Below are positions 60,591 to 64,000 of a DNA stretch of 64,000 nucleotides, one piece after another. A model generated the notes under the pieces. It saw nothing but the letters and a program-made list of their open reading frames with translations, was not told where the DNA came from and did no database searches. The DNA comes from an uncultured Chloroflexia bacterium (GTDB lineage Bacteria > Chloroflexota > Limnocylindria > Limnocylindrales > CSP1-4). The stretch covers positions 544,001-608,000 of the forward strand of contig CAVXPZ010000003.1 in NCBI GenBank assembly GCA_963763775.1, given 5' to 3'. Position 1 is the stretch's first letter. Every line of letters starts with the position of its first letter. The translations under genes were made by a program, and so were the position numbers.

Positions 60591-61118
60591 GTGGCCAAGC
60601 GCAAAGTGACGTATCCCGTCGCCAAGACTGCCAATCGCCCGGCGCGCCCGACCGGCGCCGGCCCCGAGACCCGACCCGACCGCCCGACGGTCGCCACGAT
60701 CGACGTCAACGCCGGCATCGGCCGACCCGGCCTCTCGATCGGCAGTCGTGTCCGCATCAGCGGCACCGGCCTGTACGGCGGCGAGCTGGCGGTCATCGAG
60801 CGCTTCGCGACCGGGGTGATCCCCTCGGCCGTCGTCCGCACCGACAACGGCAAGACTCGTCAGGTCCGGACGATCGACCTCGAGCCGGTCGCTCCCGGGA
60901 CGACCTCCTCCACGACAGCAGCCGCAGGGCCCGCACCTGCCGCGGCGCCCGCACCTGCCGCACCGACACCCGCAGCGCCCGTGGAACCGCCTGCGGCGGT
61001 CGCCGCGCCGGCTCCTGCCACACCGCCCGCGCCGGCCGCCCCGACCGGATCCGCGGCGCCCGCGGCGGCCCCTGCTCCAGCGCCAGCCGCCAAGGCGGCG
61101 ACGCCGCCGAAGGGCTGA
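60591..61118 (+). CDS. Hypothetical protein with KOW/SH3-like domain and Pro/Ala-rich tail
   Basis: AGGAGAG RBS before GTG; LSIGSRVRISGTGLYGGELAVI resembles a KOW motif. Confidence 0.65.
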   Translation: MAKRKVTYPVAKTANRPARPTGAGPETRPDRPTVATIDVNAGIGRPGLSIGSRVRISGTGLYGGELAVIERFATGVIPSAVVRTDNGKTRQVRTIDLEPVAPGTTSSTTAAAGPAPAAAPAPAAPTPAAPVEPPAAVAAPAPATPPAPAAPTGSAAPAAAPAPAPAAKAATPPKG

Positions 61119-61121
61119 GGC

Positions 61122-61874
61122 TCAGCCCGCCTGGCGCAGGCCGGCGGAGATCCGCGCGCCGGCGATGACCGCCTGCGCCGCGATCGCGCCATCGCGACCG
61201 CTCGCCGGGAACCGGTACGAGGGTCCGTGCAGGTGGACCGCGGCCACCACTTCGCCCGACGCGTCCGCGATCGGGGCGGCGACCGACGAGATCCCCTCGT
61301 CGAATTCCTCGCGCACCCATGAGTAGCCGTCGCGGCGGATCTCGCGGAGCCGTTCGCGGAGTCGGTCGACGTCCGTGATCGTCCGCGGCGTGAGTCGTTC
61401 CAGCGGATGGTCCAGGTATCGCTCGAGTGCCGCGGGCGGGCGGAAGGCGAGCAGCACCTGACCCGACGACACCGCGTGCAGTGGCACGCGCGAGCCCGTC
61501 CAGTCGCGCACGGACACCGGGTTCGGCGTGTCCACCTGGTCGATGTAGTGGACGAGGTCGCCATCGGGCACGGACAGGCCCGCGGCCTCGCCGATCGCCG
61601 CGGCCAGATCGATCAGGACCGGGTGCGAGATCGCCGTCAGGGACCGGACGGGGGCGAGGCCCGCGGCCAGCGTGGCCAGGCGTGGACCGAGCCGGTATTG
61701 CGTGTCGCCGGGCACCTGTTCTACCGCGCCCTCGCGCGCGAGCGTCATCAGCAAGCGGGCCGCCGTCGACTTGGGCAGCCCGGCCCGATCGGCGACCTCG
61801 GTGACCCCGAGCGGTCCGACCGCGAGGGCGCCGAGGACGTCGAAGGCGCGCCTGATGGACTGGACGCTGGACAA
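61122..61874 (-). CDS. IclR family transcriptional regulator
   Basis: VQSIRRAFDVL, LPKSTAARLL, PLHAVSSGQ, SVAAPI; AAGGAGG before the TTG start. Confidence 0.92.
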   Translation of the reverse strand: MSSVQSIRRAFDVLGALAVGPLGVTEVADRAGLPKSTAARLLMTLAREGAVEQVPGDTQYRLGPRLATLAAGLAPVRSLTAISHPVLIDLAAAIGEAAGLSVPDGDLVHYIDQVDTPNPVSVRDWTGSRVPLHAVSSGQVLLAFRPPAALERYLDHPLERLTPRTITDVDRLRERLREIRRDGYSWVREEFDEGISSVAAPIADASGEVVAAVHLHGPSYRFPASGRDGAIAAQAVIAGARISAGLRQAG

Positions 61875-61909
61875 TCGGCCTCCTTGTCGGCTACATTCTG
61901 GCCTCGGCG

Positions 61910-61944
61910 GTTCCACTATACGGCACGGTTCCACATCGTGGAAC
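61910..61944. promoter_or_regulatory. Tandem IclR-type operators: GTTCCAC-TAT-ACGGCAC and perfect GTTCCAC-ATC-GTGGAAC
   Basis: In the ~90-bp divergent gap between IclR and the corrinoid operon. Confidence 0.7.
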
Positions 61945-61965
61945 ACCTACGGGAGCATCCATCCG

Positions 61966-62650
<685 letters not shown>

Positions 62651-62667
<17 letters not shown>

Positions 62668-63310
62668 GGCCCGACCCGACCGGACCGACGCTCCGCGCGT
62701 CCTGATCGTCGGCTGCGGCGCGCTCGCGACCGAGCTGGTAGCCCTGACCCGCGGCCTGCCCAACGTCGACATCACCTGCCTGCCGGCGACGCTGCACAAC
62801 CGCCCCGGCGGGATCCCCGCCGCGGTCCGCGAGCGGATCCGGCGCCGCCGCGCCGGCTACGACCGCGTCTTCGTCGCCTACGCGGACTGCGGCACCGGCG
62901 GCCTCCTGGACCGGGCGCTCGCGGACGAGCCGGGCATCGAGCGCCTGCCTGGTGCGCACTGCTACGAGTTCTACGCCGGCCGGGAGGCCTTCGCCAGGCT
63001 CGCCGATGACGACCCCGCGACCTTCTATCTGACCGATTTCCTGGCCCGCAACTTCGATCGCCTCGTCATCCGGGGCCTGGGCCTGGACCGGCACCCCGAG
63101 CTGCTGTCGGCGTACTTCGGCAACTACCACCGCCTCGTGTACCTCGCGCAGGCCGACGACCCGGCGCTGGTGACCGCCGCCCGCCGGGCGGCTCGGCGGC
63201 TCGGCCTCCGGTTCGAGCACCGACTCACGGGCTACGGCGAGCTCGGCTCGACCCTGGCCCTCGTGACCGACCTGGACGCGGTCGTCCCCACAGCACCGGG
63301 AGTGATCTGA
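62651..63310 (+). CDS. DUF1638 domain protein
   Basis: GCGALA, LHNRP, YADCGTGG, HCYEFY, FYLTDFL. Confidence 0.85.
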
Positions 63311-63313
63311 ACG

Positions 63314-63670
63314 ATGGGTGTGATGACGGTCATCTGGTGGCGGGACATCCCCGCACAGGTCCTCGCCCGCGAAGGCCGCCGGCAGAGCAAGCAGGTCCTC
63401 CACCCGCGGTTCCAGGTCGCGATCGACAAGGCCGCCGCCCGCGCCGGCAAGAGCGCCTACAACGACTACATCGAGGAGTGGCGCCGCGTGCAGACCCGCT
63501 GCGGCGACGAGATCGAGGTCGAAGTGGCCGCAGCGGCGGAGAAGATCGAGACCGAATACGACAAGCACCGCCTCGCCACCCTCATCCAGTCCGGCGGCGT
63601 CGAAGGCGGTCCCGTCCTCGCCCCGGCGCACGAGACCCCCATCCCGCGCAAGGGAGACATGGCCCAGTGA
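63314..63670 (+). CDS. 'Virulence factor' domain small protein of split methyltransferase operons
   Basis: VIWWRDIPAQV...RFQVAIDKAA...YIEEWRR. Confidence 0.8.
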   Translation: MGVMTVIWWRDIPAQVLAREGRRQSKQVLHPRFQVAIDKAAARAGKSAYNDYIEEWRRVQTRCGDEIEVEVAAAAEKIETEYDKHRLATLIQSGGVEGGPVLAPAHETPIPRKGDMAQ

Positions 63671-64000
63671 CCGAGACCGTCCTCAGCTCCGCGACACGCG
63701 AGGTCGTGCTCGGCTTCGACCGGCCGTTCGTGATCATCGGGGAGCGGATCAATCCGACCGGCCGCAAGGCCCTGGCGGAGGAGATGAAGGCCGGAGACTT
63801 CAGCCGCGTCGAGCGCGACGTCCTCGCCCAGGTCACGGCCGGCGCCCACATGCTCGACGTGAATGCCGGGATCCCGCTGGCCGACGAGCCGGCGATCCTG
63901 GCGCACACGATCCGGCTGGTGCAGTCGCTGACGGACCTGCCCCTGTCCATCGATTCGTCGATCGTCGAGGCGCTCGAGGCAGGGTTGGCGGCCTACGTCG
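63667..64000 (+). CDS. Pterin-binding methyltetrahydrofolate:corrinoid methyltransferase (MetH pterin domain/MtgD-like), partial
   Basis: GTGA-coupled; VIIGERINPTGRK, GAHMLDVNAG, LPLSIDSS; runs off the window. Confidence 0.88.
   Translation, partial: MTETVLSSATREVVLGFDRPFVIIGERINPTGRKALAEEMKAGDFSRVERDVLAQVTAGAHMLDVNAGIPLADEPAILAHTIRLVQSLTDLPLSIDSSIVEALEAGLAAYV

Overview
This is a very GC-rich (roughly 70% or more by eye), gene-dense bacterial chromosomal segment. Gene content and protein style suggest a monoderm soil or sediment organism, possibly Chloroflexota (inference only). I found no rRNA, tRNA, CRISPR array, transposase or phage gene. Many genes carry single-base frameshifts, often at homopolymers and densest at 42-48 kb, which looks like unpolished long-read error and creates false fusion ORFs. 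Contents from left to right: (1) a metal/nitrogen-oxide block of ferric-reductase-like protein, ZIP transporter, Fur regulator, cupredoxin-fused copper nitrite reductase and Rrf2 regulator; (2) an MMPL exporter coupled to a CrtC/AttH-like lipoprotein, then lysine 2,3-aminomutase; (3) a three-gene SipW-type operon whose two secreted products share the mature N-terminus AWTGTA, a candidate TasA-like donor-strand filament with an RTX cap or initiator; (4) housekeeping genes (S41 protease, rhodanese, DmpA, pabB/pabC, GNATs, DUF433, DUF59, BI-1) and a phycobiliprotein-like globin-fold protein; (5) a 4xGAF-2xGGDEF-EAL protein divergent from a Tat-exported Gly-rich protein; (6) a PotABCD-like ABC transporter with HAD phosphatase, then cysteine synthase; (7) a betaine/methylated-glycine region (betaine ABC, aldehyde dehydrogenase, IclR, GcvT-type oxidoreductase, ETF and, at the right end, a split cobalamin methyltransferase module); (8) between the two betaine halves, an orphan catabolic cluster (M24-fold enzyme with an Asp-to-Cys ligand swap, E1 alpha/beta without E2, 3-hydroxyacid dehydrogenase, amidohydrolase, sugar-type ABC, bicupin, SDR, XRE-cupin regulator). 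The best candidates for undescribed systems are (3) and (8).
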